From NCBI GenBank assembly GCA_014323835.1, contig JACONH010000002.1, forward strand, positions 59,239-123,238: a stretch of 64,000 nucleotides of DNA. The letters run 5' to 3'. The translations under genes were made by a program, and so were the position numbers. Positions 9,430 to 18,000 of the stretch are shown one piece after another. The notes under the pieces are model-generated. The model saw nothing but the letters and a program-made list of their open reading frames with translations, was not told where the DNA came from and did not search any database. How positions within the stretch are numbered: the first letter of the stretch is position 1; each line of letters begins with the position of its first letter. This stretch comes from Alphaproteobacteria bacterium GM202ARS2. Lineage in GTDB: Bacteria; Pseudomonadota; Alphaproteobacteria; GM7ARS4.

Positions 9430-9930
9430 ATGGCAAAAAACACGCAGCTATCTTACGATGTAGGCGACACTGTTGTTTATCCCGCCCACGGGGTTGGACG
9501 TGTCATCGGCAAAGAAAAAACCACCTTCGATGGCGAAGCCCTCGAGTTTTATGTCATCAATTTCGAAGGCGAACGCATGGAACTACGTGTGCCGGTTGAA
9601 CGTGCGGATTCTTCAGGTTTGCGTAAGCTCAGCTCACGAGAACGGATGAAGAAAGCCGTTACGATTCTACAGGGAACGCCGAAATCGAAGAAAGCGATGT
9701 GGAGCAGGCGGGCACAAGAATACGAATCCAAAATTAACTCGGGTGATCCGGTGTCTATTGCCGAAGTCTTGCGAGACCTACGCAGAGACGAAGGAAGCGA
9801 ACCTTCTTACTCGGAGAAACAGATCTATCAGACCGCCTTCGAAAGATTCGTGCGGGAATATGCCGAAGTCGAAGCGCTGGAGCCGGACAAAGCCGTCTGC
9901 AAAATCGAAGAAATCATCAACGCCGCCTGA
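9430..9930 (+). CDS. carD: CarD-family RNA polymerase-binding transcriptional regulator
   Basis: It has the N-terminal Tudor-like motif GDTVVYPAHGVGRVIG. fdxA-carD adjacency is typical of alphaproteobacteria. Confidence 0.9.
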   Translation: MAKNTQLSYDVGDTVVYPAHGVGRVIGKEKTTFDGEALEFYVINFEGERMELRVPVERADSSGLRKLSSRERMKKAVTILQGTPKSKKAMWSRRAQEYESKINSGDPVSIAEVLRDLRRDEGSEPSYSEKQIYQTAFERFVREYAEVEALEPDKAVCKIEEIINAA

Positions 9931-9942
9931 GCAGAAAAAAAA

Positions 9943-10159
9943 TGTTTCACGTGAAACAATGGTCATAAAAAAAATAAATTGTTTCTCGTGAAACAATTTT
10001 TATAACAATTGTTTAACATGAAACGATTCGCGCAAAAAAATGTTTCGCGCGAAACAATTCGCGCAAAAAAAAGATGTTTCACGTGAAACAATTGCCGTAA
10101 AAAAATAGAATGTTTCTCGTGAAACAATTCGGGCAAAAAAAGATGTTTCCCGTGAAACA
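9943..10159. repeat. tandem array of seven parS-type 16-bp palindromes (candidate ParB-binding centromere)
   Basis: Copies lie at 9943, 9980, 10010, 10041, 10075, 10111 and 10144. Two are exactly TGTTTCACGTGAAACA. The others differ by 1-3 nt, mostly at the central positions. Each copy is preceded by an A6-9 tract, with a period of 30-37 bp. Confidence 0.75.
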
Positions 10160-10214
10160 ATTTCTATGCGGGCGGAGGGGGTGTTGCGGGGGTGTTAGGA
10201 TAGGTGTATAAGTG

Positions 10215-10287
10215 TGCCGCAGGAGGGAATTGAACCCCCGACCTATGCATTACGAATGCACCGCTCTACCAACTGAGCTACTGCGGC
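10215..10287 (-). tRNA. tRNA-Thr (anticodon CGU)
   Basis: The reverse complement folds as a cloverleaf: GCCGCAG/CTGCGGC acceptor stem, GCTC-AGTTGGTA-GAGC D-arm, anticodon loop TTCGTAA, and T-loop GGTTCAATTCC. CCA is not encoded. Confidence 0.9.
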
Positions 10288-10357
10288 TTGGGCGTGTTTT
10301 CTTTTTAGCAGTATTTGTGTGTGTGGGTATATTCTTTTTATGGGAGTTGATGGAGCG

Positions 10358-11725
10358 ATGGCGGAGAGTGTTCGGGGTGGTGGTATTGTTGATAGTGAGC
10401 GGGGCGTGTGTGTTGTGGGCATGGGTTATGTGGGTTTGACTCTGGCGGTTGCTTTGGGGGAGTGTGGCTTTGACGTTTGGGGCGTTGAGCGTGACGAGGG
10501 TTTGTTGTCGTCTTTGCTTTCTGGCGAGCCTCATTTTTACGAGAAGGGTTTTGCGGTGCGGATGCGTCGTGCTTTGCAGCAGGAGACGTTGCATTTTGTT
10601 TCTTCGGTGAAGGAGGTGGGTGCGTCTCGTGAGGGCGTATCGGTTTTTATTCTTACGGTGGGGACTCCGTTGGATGCTGAGGGTGTGCCGCGTATGGATA
10701 TGATTGAGCGTGTTGCTGCTGAGGTGTGCGAGCATCTTGTTGATGGTGGTCTTGTGATTTTGCGGTCGACGGTGCAGGTGGGCACGACGAGGCGGGTTGT
10801 TTTGCCGCGTTTGGAGGCGACGGGCAAGGCGTTTATGTTGGCGTATTGTCCCGAGCGGACGGTGGAGGGGCATGCGATGGCAGAGTTGGTATCGTTGCCG
10901 CAGGTGGTTGGTGGTTTGGATTCGTCATCGGCGTGGCGGGCGGCGTTGTTCTTTCAGCACATGACGCCGACGACGGTGCGGGTTTCCAGCCTTGAGGCGG
11001 CGGAGACGATTAAGCTTCTTGACAATAGTTTTCGGGATGTGTCTTTTGCTGTGGGCAATGAGGTGGCTTTGTTGTGTGATGCTTTGGGGCTTGATGGCAG
11101 AGAAGTCATTCAGGCGGCGAATACGGGTTATGTGCGCACGCAGATTCCTCAGCCGGGCTTTGTGGGTGGTCCTTGTTTGCATAAGGATCCGCATATTTTA
11201 GAGGAGTCGTTGCGGGCGAGCGGGCATGTTCCGCAGTTGATTAAGTATGGGCGTATGTTGAATGAGTCGTTGCCTCGTTATGTTTGTGAGCGTGTGGCGA
11301 CGGCGGCGTCTTTGGGCGATGGGCGCGGGCATAAGATCGCGGTGATGGGCATGGCTTTTAAGGGTAGGCCTGAAACCAGTGATGTGCGTGCGTCGCCGAG
11401 CATCGATGTGCTGGAATTTTTGCGTCAGGCGCACCCGCATGCCCAGTTATGTGCGCATGACTTCATTGTTGCTGATAGTGTCATCGAGGCGATGGGTGTT
11501 CAGGCTGTGTCGGTTGAGGAGGGCTTTCGGGATGCCTCTGCTGTGATTATTGCAACGAACAACGAGCGTTATCAGTGGCTTGAAGTCGATGCGTTGGCAG
11601 CGACTATGGGGCAAGCGCGGGTTATTTTTGATGTTTGGTCGGTGTTGCCGTCTGCCGAGCAGACTCAGCAGGCGCGGGGGTATACGTTGTTGCGGTTGGG
11701 TGCGGGCGGAGGGCTGGTCTCATGA
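10358..11725 (+). CDS. nucleotide-sugar dehydrogenase (UDP-glucose/GDP-mannose dehydrogenase family)
   Basis: It has the N-terminal Rossmann motif VCVVGMGYVGLTLAVAL and the catalytic-Cys motif GFVGGPCLHKDP. I placed the start at the in-frame ATG (MAES...) at 10358; the track start at 10319 is also possible. Confidence 0.85.
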   Translation: MAESVRGGGIVDSERGVCVVGMGYVGLTLAVALGECGFDVWGVERDEGLLSSLLSGEPHFYEKGFAVRMRRALQQETLHFVSSVKEVGASREGVSVFILTVGTPLDAEGVPRMDMIERVAAEVCEHLVDGGLVILRSTVQVGTTRRVVLPRLEATGKAFMLAYCPERTVEGHAMAELVSLPQVVGGLDSSSAWRAALFFQHMTPTTVRVSSLEAAETIKLLDNSFRDVSFAVGNEVALLCDALGLDGREVIQAANTGYVRTQIPQPGFVGGPCLHKDPHILEESLRASGHVPQLIKYGRMLNESLPRYVCERVATAASLGDGRGHKIAVMGMAFKGRPETSDVRASPSIDVLEFLRQAHPHAQLCAHDFIVADSVIEAMGVQAVSVEEGFRDASAVIIATNNERYQWLEVDALAATMGQARVIFDVWSVLPSAEQTQQARGYTLLRLGAGGGLVS

Positions 11726-12708
11726 AGAGCGGGCGTGTTTTAATTACGGGGGGCAGCGGCTTTCTGGGCAGTGCTTTGGTGAAGAAAATGCTGGTTGAGG
11801 GGTGGCATGTGCGTGTCCTCGATGATAACTCGCGCGGGGCAGCGCGGCGTCTGGTGGATGTGGCGGCGGACATCGAATTCATCGAAGGCGATGTGTGTGA
11901 TTATGACAGCGTCCATCGGGCGTGTCGGGGTGTCGATGTGATTGCTCATTTGGCGTATATTAACGGCACGGCGTTTTTTTACAGCAAGCCGGGGCGTGTG
12001 CTTGAGGTGGGTATGAAGGGGGCGTTACATACCCTTGATGCGGCGCGAGCCCATGGCATTGAGCGTTATTGGCTGATGAGTTCCTCTGAGGTTTATCAGC
12101 ACCCAAAGCAGGTGCCGACTGACGAGGGTGCGCCTTTGGTGGTGCCTGATGTTATGAATCCGCGTTATAGTTATGGGGGTGGTAAGATTGCTAGTGAGTT
12201 GTTGGCGATTCATTATGACAAAGGTTTGTCGCAGGTTGTTATTGTGCGTCCGCATAATGTTTATGGTGCGGATATGGGCTTTGAGCATGTTGTGCCGCAG
12301 ATGATTATGCGGGCAGCAAGGGTGGCTGAGGCGACCCCTGAGGGGGAGACCCTCAAGTTTCCCATACGTGGCGATGGCAGGCACAAGCGTGCTTTTGTTT
12401 ATATTGATGATTTTGTCGAGGGCTGTTACTTGGCTTTCAGCAAGGGTCAGGGGCGGTCTTTGTATCATGTGGGGACGGGCGATGAAATCACGGTGGCGGC
12501 TTTGGCGGATAAAGTGTTGGGTCTTTTTGGTCGCAAGGGTGTTGTTGTGCCGTCGGCGGCACCGCAAGGGGAGACGCCGCGCCGTTGCCCCGATATTACC
12601 AAGGTGGTGGCTCTTGGTTATAAGCCACAGGTGAGTCTCGATGACGGCTTGGCTCGCACGCACGCGTGGTACATGGACAATCAAAACTTGTGGCTCCCGA
12701 AGACATAG
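11722..12708 (+). CDS. NAD-dependent epimerase/dehydratase (extended SDR), translationally coupled to the dehydrogenase
   Basis: It has the TGGSGFLGSAL Rossmann motif and a YGGGK (YxxxK) catalytic motif. The ATG at 11722 overlaps the upstream stop (ATGA). Confidence 0.85.
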   Translation: MKSGRVLITGGSGFLGSALVKKMLVEGWHVRVLDDNSRGAARRLVDVAADIEFIEGDVCDYDSVHRACRGVDVIAHLAYINGTAFFYSKPGRVLEVGMKGALHTLDAARAHGIERYWLMSSSEVYQHPKQVPTDEGAPLVVPDVMNPRYSYGGGKIASELLAIHYDKGLSQVVIVRPHNVYGADMGFEHVVPQMIMRAARVAEATPEGETLKFPIRGDGRHKRAFVYIDDFVEGCYLAFSKGQGRSLYHVGTGDEITVAALADKVLGLFGRKGVVVPSAAPQGETPRRCPDITKVVALGYKPQVSLDDGLARTHAWYMDNQNLWLPKT

Positions 12709-12737
12709 CTTGAGGGCTTGAGGCGATAGAGTCTGGC

Positions 12738-13496
12738 TTAGGGTTGTTTTTTATGTCCCCAGACAATCAATTTTTCTAAATTTCTTACATAATCCTTCTT
12801 CGGAAGAGAAAGGACAGCGTAGTCGTCTCGGGGTGCTTCTTGGCGCAAGAGGGAAATCGTTCTTTCGTGGTCATTCGTGGTGATGTAGCCTGCGGTCGCC
12901 TTGTTGAGGACTTTTTGGATATACATTTTTATCAGCGAGTCGGGCAGCTCGGAAAGGGCGTAGTTGCTGATAACAAGGTCATAGGTTTGTTGTCCATCGC
13001 ACTGATTCAGGGTCGAGAGTCGATAAGAAGAACGCAAGAGGTGGTGTTCGAGGTAGCGTGTCGTGAGTTGCAGAACGGGCTGGAGGTCAAACAGGTGATA
13101 GGCGCGCATAGCATGGACGCGGTCGAGAACGAGGAACTGCCCGCCAAAGCCGACCCCAATTTCGGCAACAGTTGTATCATCGAGGCGACCGAACAGCTGC
13201 TCAATATAGGCAGCAATAGCCACATAGCGTATCGTGATGCAACTGATAGCGCCCGTCTGTGAAAACTCGTGCAATCGGGGTTTGCCGATAAGGTCATTGA
13301 CTTTGAATGTGTCGATGTCTTTGAGATAGTCGGGCTGGTTTTTCTCTAGCCATTGTATGTAGGAGGCACTTTCTTCTTTACTAATTCCTTCGTAGATTTG
13401 TAAGAAGGTTGGCTGTGACCTGAATTGTTGGAAATAGCTGGAGTCTTGCAGGGCGCGCAAGACGTTTTTGATATAGGGGTTGTACTGTTCCGACAA
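12738..13496 (-). CDS. class I SAM-dependent methyltransferase (putative sugar or small-molecule O-methyltransferase)
   Basis: It has motif I VAEIGVGFGGQFLVL and a motif DLVISNYALSEL. It is visibly more AT-rich than the flanking genes. The substrate is unknown. Confidence 0.6.
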   Translation of the reverse strand: MSEQYNPYIKNVLRALQDSSYFQQFRSQPTFLQIYEGISKEESASYIQWLEKNQPDYLKDIDTFKVNDLIGKPRLHEFSQTGAISCITIRYVAIAAYIEQLFGRLDDTTVAEIGVGFGGQFLVLDRVHAMRAYHLFDLQPVLQLTTRYLEHHLLRSSYRLSTLNQCDGQQTYDLVISNYALSELPDSLIKMYIQKVLNKATAGYITTNDHERTISLLRQEAPRDDYAVLSLPKKDYVRNLEKLIVWGHKKQP

Positions 13497-13608
13497 GCTT
13501 TCGTTATCAGGAAGACTGATAGGGATGGGCTGAATTTTTTGCAGTTTTTTTTCTTTCTGTGCTCGAGTCTTTTACGGTTGAGGGCTTTTATGGTTTGTAT
13601 GAATGTTT

Positions 13609-15012
13609 TCATTGGCTGAATTTTTTGATGATGGTTTGTGCGCACTCTCGTCCTTCTCGGATAGCCCAGACGACGAGGGATTGTCCTCGTCTTGTGTCGC
13701 CACAGGCGAAGACGTTGGTTTGTGAGGTGGTGTAGTCGTTGTCGTTGGCGAGGATGTTGCCTTTGGCATCGAGTTTGACGCGGCTTTCTTTTATCAGTTG
13801 GTCGTGGCGGGTATGGAGGAATCCCATTGCCAGCAACACGAGGTCGGCGGGCAAGGTGCGGGTGCGGTTGGTGGGCTCGGGCTTGCCGTTTTGCCAACGC
13901 ACTTCTTGGATGGTGAGGGCGGTGATGCGGTTGTCTTCGGTGACAAAGCCGTTGGTTGCCACCGACCAGAGTCGCTCAGCGCCTTCTTGGTGCGAGGTGG
14001 AGGTGCGCAACTTATGGGGCCAATAGGGCCACGTGCTGTTCTTGTCTTCTTTTTCGGGCGGTTTGCCGAGAATCTCCAGTTGCGTGATGGAACGTGCTTT
14101 TTGGCGATTGGCGGTGCCGATACAGTCGGAGCCGGTATCGCCGCCGCCGATGACGATGACGTGTTTATCTTTGGCGGTGATGGGTGTGTCGCTGTGCTGT
14201 TCGTTGCGGATGGTGCGGTTTTGTTGCGTCAAATAGTCCATGGCAAAGTGGATGCCGTCGGCGTTGCGGCCTACGAGGGGCAAATCTCGTGGCATTTCCG
14301 CACCGCAGGCGAGCACAATCGCATCGTGGTCGGCTCGTAGGGCAGACCACGTCATGCTGGTGCCGATGTGACAATTCAAGTGGAAGACGACCCCTTCGGC
14401 TTGCATTTGGTCGATGCGTCGATCAATGAGGTGTTTTTCCATTTTGAAGTCGGGAATGCCGTAGCGGAGCAAGCCGCCGGCTGAGGCACTCTTTTCGAAG
14501 ACATGCACATGGAAGCCGCTGCGTGCCAGCTGTTGCGCGCAGGCTAAGCCCGCAGGCCCTGAACCGATAATAGCGATGCGTTCTTGTCGTTGTTGCTGGG
14601 GTTTTTGTGGCGTAATCCAGCCTTGTTGCCAGCCGTGGTCGATGATGGCACACTCGATATCTTTGATGGAGACGGGCTCGTCAATGAGATTGAGGGTACA
14701 CGACGCTTCGCAGGGGGCGGGGCAGACTCGCCCGGTGAATTCGGGAAAGTTGTTGGTGGCATGTAGACTCGCCAATGCGGTGTGCCAGTCGTCTCGGTAA
14801 ATCAGGTCGTTGAATTCGGGAATGATGTTGTTGACCGGGCATCCCTCGTGACAGTAGGGGATACCGCAGTCCATGCAGCGCGCGGCTTGCTGTTGGAGCG
14901 ATGCCGAATCGAGAGGAAGCCGAAATTCCGCAAACGACTGTCGTCTTTCTGCGACGGGGCGTGTGCCGTGCGTTTGTTTCTCGTAATCTAGGAAGCCGGT
15001 GATTTTGCCCAT
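13609..15012 (-). CDS. gltD: glutamate synthase (NADPH) small subunit
   Basis: It has the MGKITGFLDYEK N-terminus, Cys clusters (CMDCGIPYC, CPAPCE) and the IAIIGSGPAGLA FAD/NAD motif. Confidence 0.95.
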   Translation of the reverse strand: MGKITGFLDYEKQTHGTRPVAERRQSFAEFRLPLDSASLQQQAARCMDCGIPYCHEGCPVNNIIPEFNDLIYRDDWHTALASLHATNNFPEFTGRVCPAPCEASCTLNLIDEPVSIKDIECAIIDHGWQQGWITPQKPQQQRQERIAIIGSGPAGLACAQQLARSGFHVHVFEKSASAGGLLRYGIPDFKMEKHLIDRRIDQMQAEGVVFHLNCHIGTSMTWSALRADHDAIVLACGAEMPRDLPLVGRNADGIHFAMDYLTQQNRTIRNEQHSDTPITAKDKHVIVIGGGDTGSDCIGTANRQKARSITQLEILGKPPEKEDKNSTWPYWPHKLRTSTSHQEGAERLWSVATNGFVTEDNRITALTIQEVRWQNGKPEPTNRTRTLPADLVLLAMGFLHTRHDQLIKESRVKLDAKGNILANDNDYTTSQTNVFACGDTRRGQSLVVWAIREGRECAQTIIKKFSQ

Positions 15013-18000
15013 GGCTGTTGCGGTTGCGTGAGAGTTGAGTCTTGCAGGGCGCGCCGCAAATCACGGGGCACCACTTTGACGAATTGGGTGCATATTTTTT
15101 CCCATTGGTCAAGGAGTGATTTGCCGTGCCCGCTTGCGGTATAACGCTCGTGCATCTGCACCAGCGTATGCAGACGCCAGATATCATCTTGTAGCAGATG
15201 GGCACTGAGCTCTTGCGGGCTGATGACGTGGTTCGAGGGCGTTAAGGCGCGGGTGCTTTTTTGCCATTGGCTATAAGGTTCGATGTCCACCATGTCTTGG
15301 TTGCATCGTTTGTGGATGGCGTTGTCGGGGTCGAAGACGTAGGCGATACCGCCGCTCATGCCGGCGGCAAAGTTTTGTCCGTAGTCGCCCAGCACGACAA
15401 CGATACCGCCGGTCATGTATTCGCAGCCGTGGTCGCCGACCCCTTCGACGGTGGCGATAGCCCCCGAGTTGCGCACAGCGAATCGCTCGCCGGCAATGCC
15501 AGCGATGGTGCAGATGCCGTTAATCGCCCCGTAAAGGACAGTGTTGCCGACAATGACGTTGTGATGCGATGGGCGTGTGCTGGTGCGGGGCGGGAACACC
15601 GCCAATCTGCCGCCGCTTAAGCCTTTGCCGAGATAGTCGTTGCCTTCGCCTTCTAAATTGAGCGTGACTCCCGCGGCGAGAAACGCCCCGCAGCTCTGCC
15701 CAGCACAGCCCGCGGCATCGATGACGATGCTGTCGTCAGGCAAGCCGGCGTTGCCGTAGCGTTGGGCGACTTCGCCTGAGAGCATGGTTGCCAGCGAGCG
15801 GTCGGTATTGCCGACATCGATACGCAGACGTGTCTTTTCTTTGCCGCGGCTCTCGAGGGTCGCATGGCTTTCTTTTATGAGGGTGCGGTCGATGATGGTA
15901 TCAATGGGGTGGTGCTGCTGACGATTATGATAGGGGCGGTCGTCATGGCTGCTTGTCGCCCGTGTCAACAGGGGACGCAGGTTCAGCTTGGCACAGCGAT
16001 GCGCGAGCGGATGGTTAGGCATGGCTTTGACTGCCAGCTTATCGTTGCGTCCAATCAGCTCTTGCAGGGTGGCACAACCCAGTTGGCTGAGCCAGCCGCG
16101 CACCTCTTCGGCTAGAAAGAAGAAGTAGTTGATGACGTGTTCGGGTGTGCCGTGGAATCGTTTTCTGAGGACGGGGTTTTGTGTTGCGATACCGACGGGG
16201 CAGGTGTTGAGATGGCATTTGCGCATCATCAGGCAACCGCTGGCAATCAGGGGCGCGGTGGCAAAGCCAAATTCATCGGCGCCGAGCAAGGCAGCGATAA
16301 TCACATCGAGACCACTACGCAGACCGCCATCCACCTGTAGGACGATACGTTCCCGCAGTCGGTTCATAACGAGAGTCTGTTGTGTCTCCGCCAAGCCAAT
16401 CTCCCACGGCAGACCCGTGTGCTTGATACTGGTTAGAGGCGATGCCCCAGTGCCGCCTTCGTAGCCAGCAATGGTGATATGATCAGCACGGGCTTTGGCA
16501 ACGCCCGCCGCAACAATGCCAACACCAACAAGAGACGCCAACTTGACGCTGATACGGGCACGGGGATTGACGTTCTTCAAATCAAAGATGAGCTGCGCGA
16601 TATCCTCGATGGAATAAATGTCGTGGTGCGGCGGCGGCGAGATTAAACCCACCCCGGGGGTCGAACAACGAATTTTGGCGATGGTGCTGTCCACTTTGTG
16701 GCCGGGCAGTTGTCCGCCTTCGCCGGGCTTTGCTCCTTGGCAGATTTTAATTTGGATATCATCGGCATTGGCAAGATAGCTGGCATGGACGCCGAATCGC
16801 CCGCTTGCCACTTGTTTGATGCTCGAGCGTGCCGAGTCGCCGTTGGCTTGCGGGGCAAAACGTGCTTCGTCTTCGCCGCCTTCGCCGGTGTTCGATTTGC
16901 CCTCGATGCGATTCATCGCAACCGCAAGGTTGCTGTGGGCTTCATGAGAAATCGCCCCGAAGGACATCGCCCCCGTGGCAAAACGCTTGACGAGCTCGCT
17001 GGCAGGCTCAACTTTATCAAGGGGTAGGGGCTTTGTCAGGGGCTTTGTCTGTATCGGCTCTAACATGTTGCGAATCGTCAACAGATGTGGCAATGGCTCG
17101 TTGATACTCTGGGCGAACTCAAGGTAGGCTTCTGGCAGGTTGTTGCGCACCGCATGCTGCAAGCGCGCGATCGAGTGGCTCGTCCATGCGTGCGCATCGC
17201 CCCCCACGCGCACCGCATACGACCCCCCCACATCAAGCCCCATAAGCGCAGACGACACACCCTTGCCGTTGTGCCCCGCGGCACCATTCCCCTTGCCATT
17301 ATTCCCCTCGGCACCATTCCACGTGCGTTGATGGCGGGCTTTGAGGTCGTCTTCGATATCCTCTAGGGTCAAGCCGTCTAGGGGTGCTGCGGTGCCTTTG
17401 AAGTAGCGGTCAATCAGGCTATCGGCAAGCCCAAGGGAGTCAAAAATCTGCGCGCCGCAGTAGGATTGGAATGTCGAGATACCCATCTTAGACATGATTT
17501 TCAGCAAGGCTTTATCGCAGGCTTGCAGGTAGTTGTCTTGCGCGCGTGCGTCACTCAAGTCGTCTTGCTGGTGGCTTAACTGGCAGACAGTCTCGAGGGC
17601 AAGCCACGGATGAATGGCATCGGCGCCATAGCCCGCCAGCACCGCAAAGTGGTGTGGCTCGCGCACGTCACCGCTTTCGGCAATCAGTGACACGCCCATG
17701 CGGGTGGATTGCTCGATGAGATGGTGGTGAATGGCAGAAACCGCCAGTAAGCTGGGTATGGGCGTGCGAAGTGAATCCGCTTGCTTGTCACTGATAATCA
17801 GCACAAGCGAGTCGTGCCGACGGCTGGCTTCATAGGCGCGGGTCTGGAGGGCATCGAGGGCATGGGCTAAGGACTGCCCCGCACTGTCGTAGGTGCTATC
17901 GAGGGTAACACAACGAGGATACGACAGCGACCCAGACCCATGGGAAGTCTTGTTGTCTTGCGATAGGGCGTGCCTGAGGGCATTGATGGCGGGGACGCCG

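Noticed and set aside
9943-10159. I considered whether the repeat array could be a CRISPR array.
   Set aside because: The repeats are only 16 bp and perfectly palindromic. The 'spacers' are about 15-21 bp and are themselves conserved (A-tract plus ATTCGCGC-like). No cas genes or leader are nearby. The exact identity to the parS consensus explains the array better.
9778-10160. Track ORFs 9778-9996(-) and 9963-10160(-) encode repetitive 'FHEKQ/FHVKH' peptides.
   Set aside because: They are translations of the tandem repeat itself. They have no SD and their periodic sequence mirrors the DNA repeat. The first also overlaps the carD 3' end.
9931-10200. I considered whether the array is a stack of intrinsic terminators for tRNA-Thr. 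On the minus strand each unit reads as a hairpin followed by T6-T9.
   Set aside because: The stems are only about 6 bp, AT-rich, and have 4-nt loops, so they would be weak terminators. Seven copies would be redundant. A secondary terminator role cannot be excluded, but the perfect parS matches are the more parsimonious reading.
9931-10200. I considered whether this AT-rich repeat region could be oriC.
   Set aside because: I found no cluster of DnaA boxes (TTATCCACA-like) or CtrA sites (TTAA-N7-TTAA) by eye. There are no dnaA/hemE/gidA/parAB neighbours and no apparent skew switch in the window.
10250-10873. There are long antisense ORFs opposite well-supported genes: 10250-10873, 12025-12684, 26843-27529, 30869-31654, 33079-34179, 38709-39191 and 49265-49891.
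   Set aside because: Each lies fully inside a gene with strong family motifs on the other strand. The products are low-complexity Arg/His/Thr/Pro-rich. They are best explained by compositional skew depleting stop codons in the antisense frame.
14988-15012. I considered whether the 25-nt overlap of gltB and gltD indicates a frameshift or a fused gene.
   Set aside because: gltD begins with its canonical MGKITGFL N-terminus, and gltB ends after its complete C-terminal GXGXG domain. The two frames are different and both are intact.
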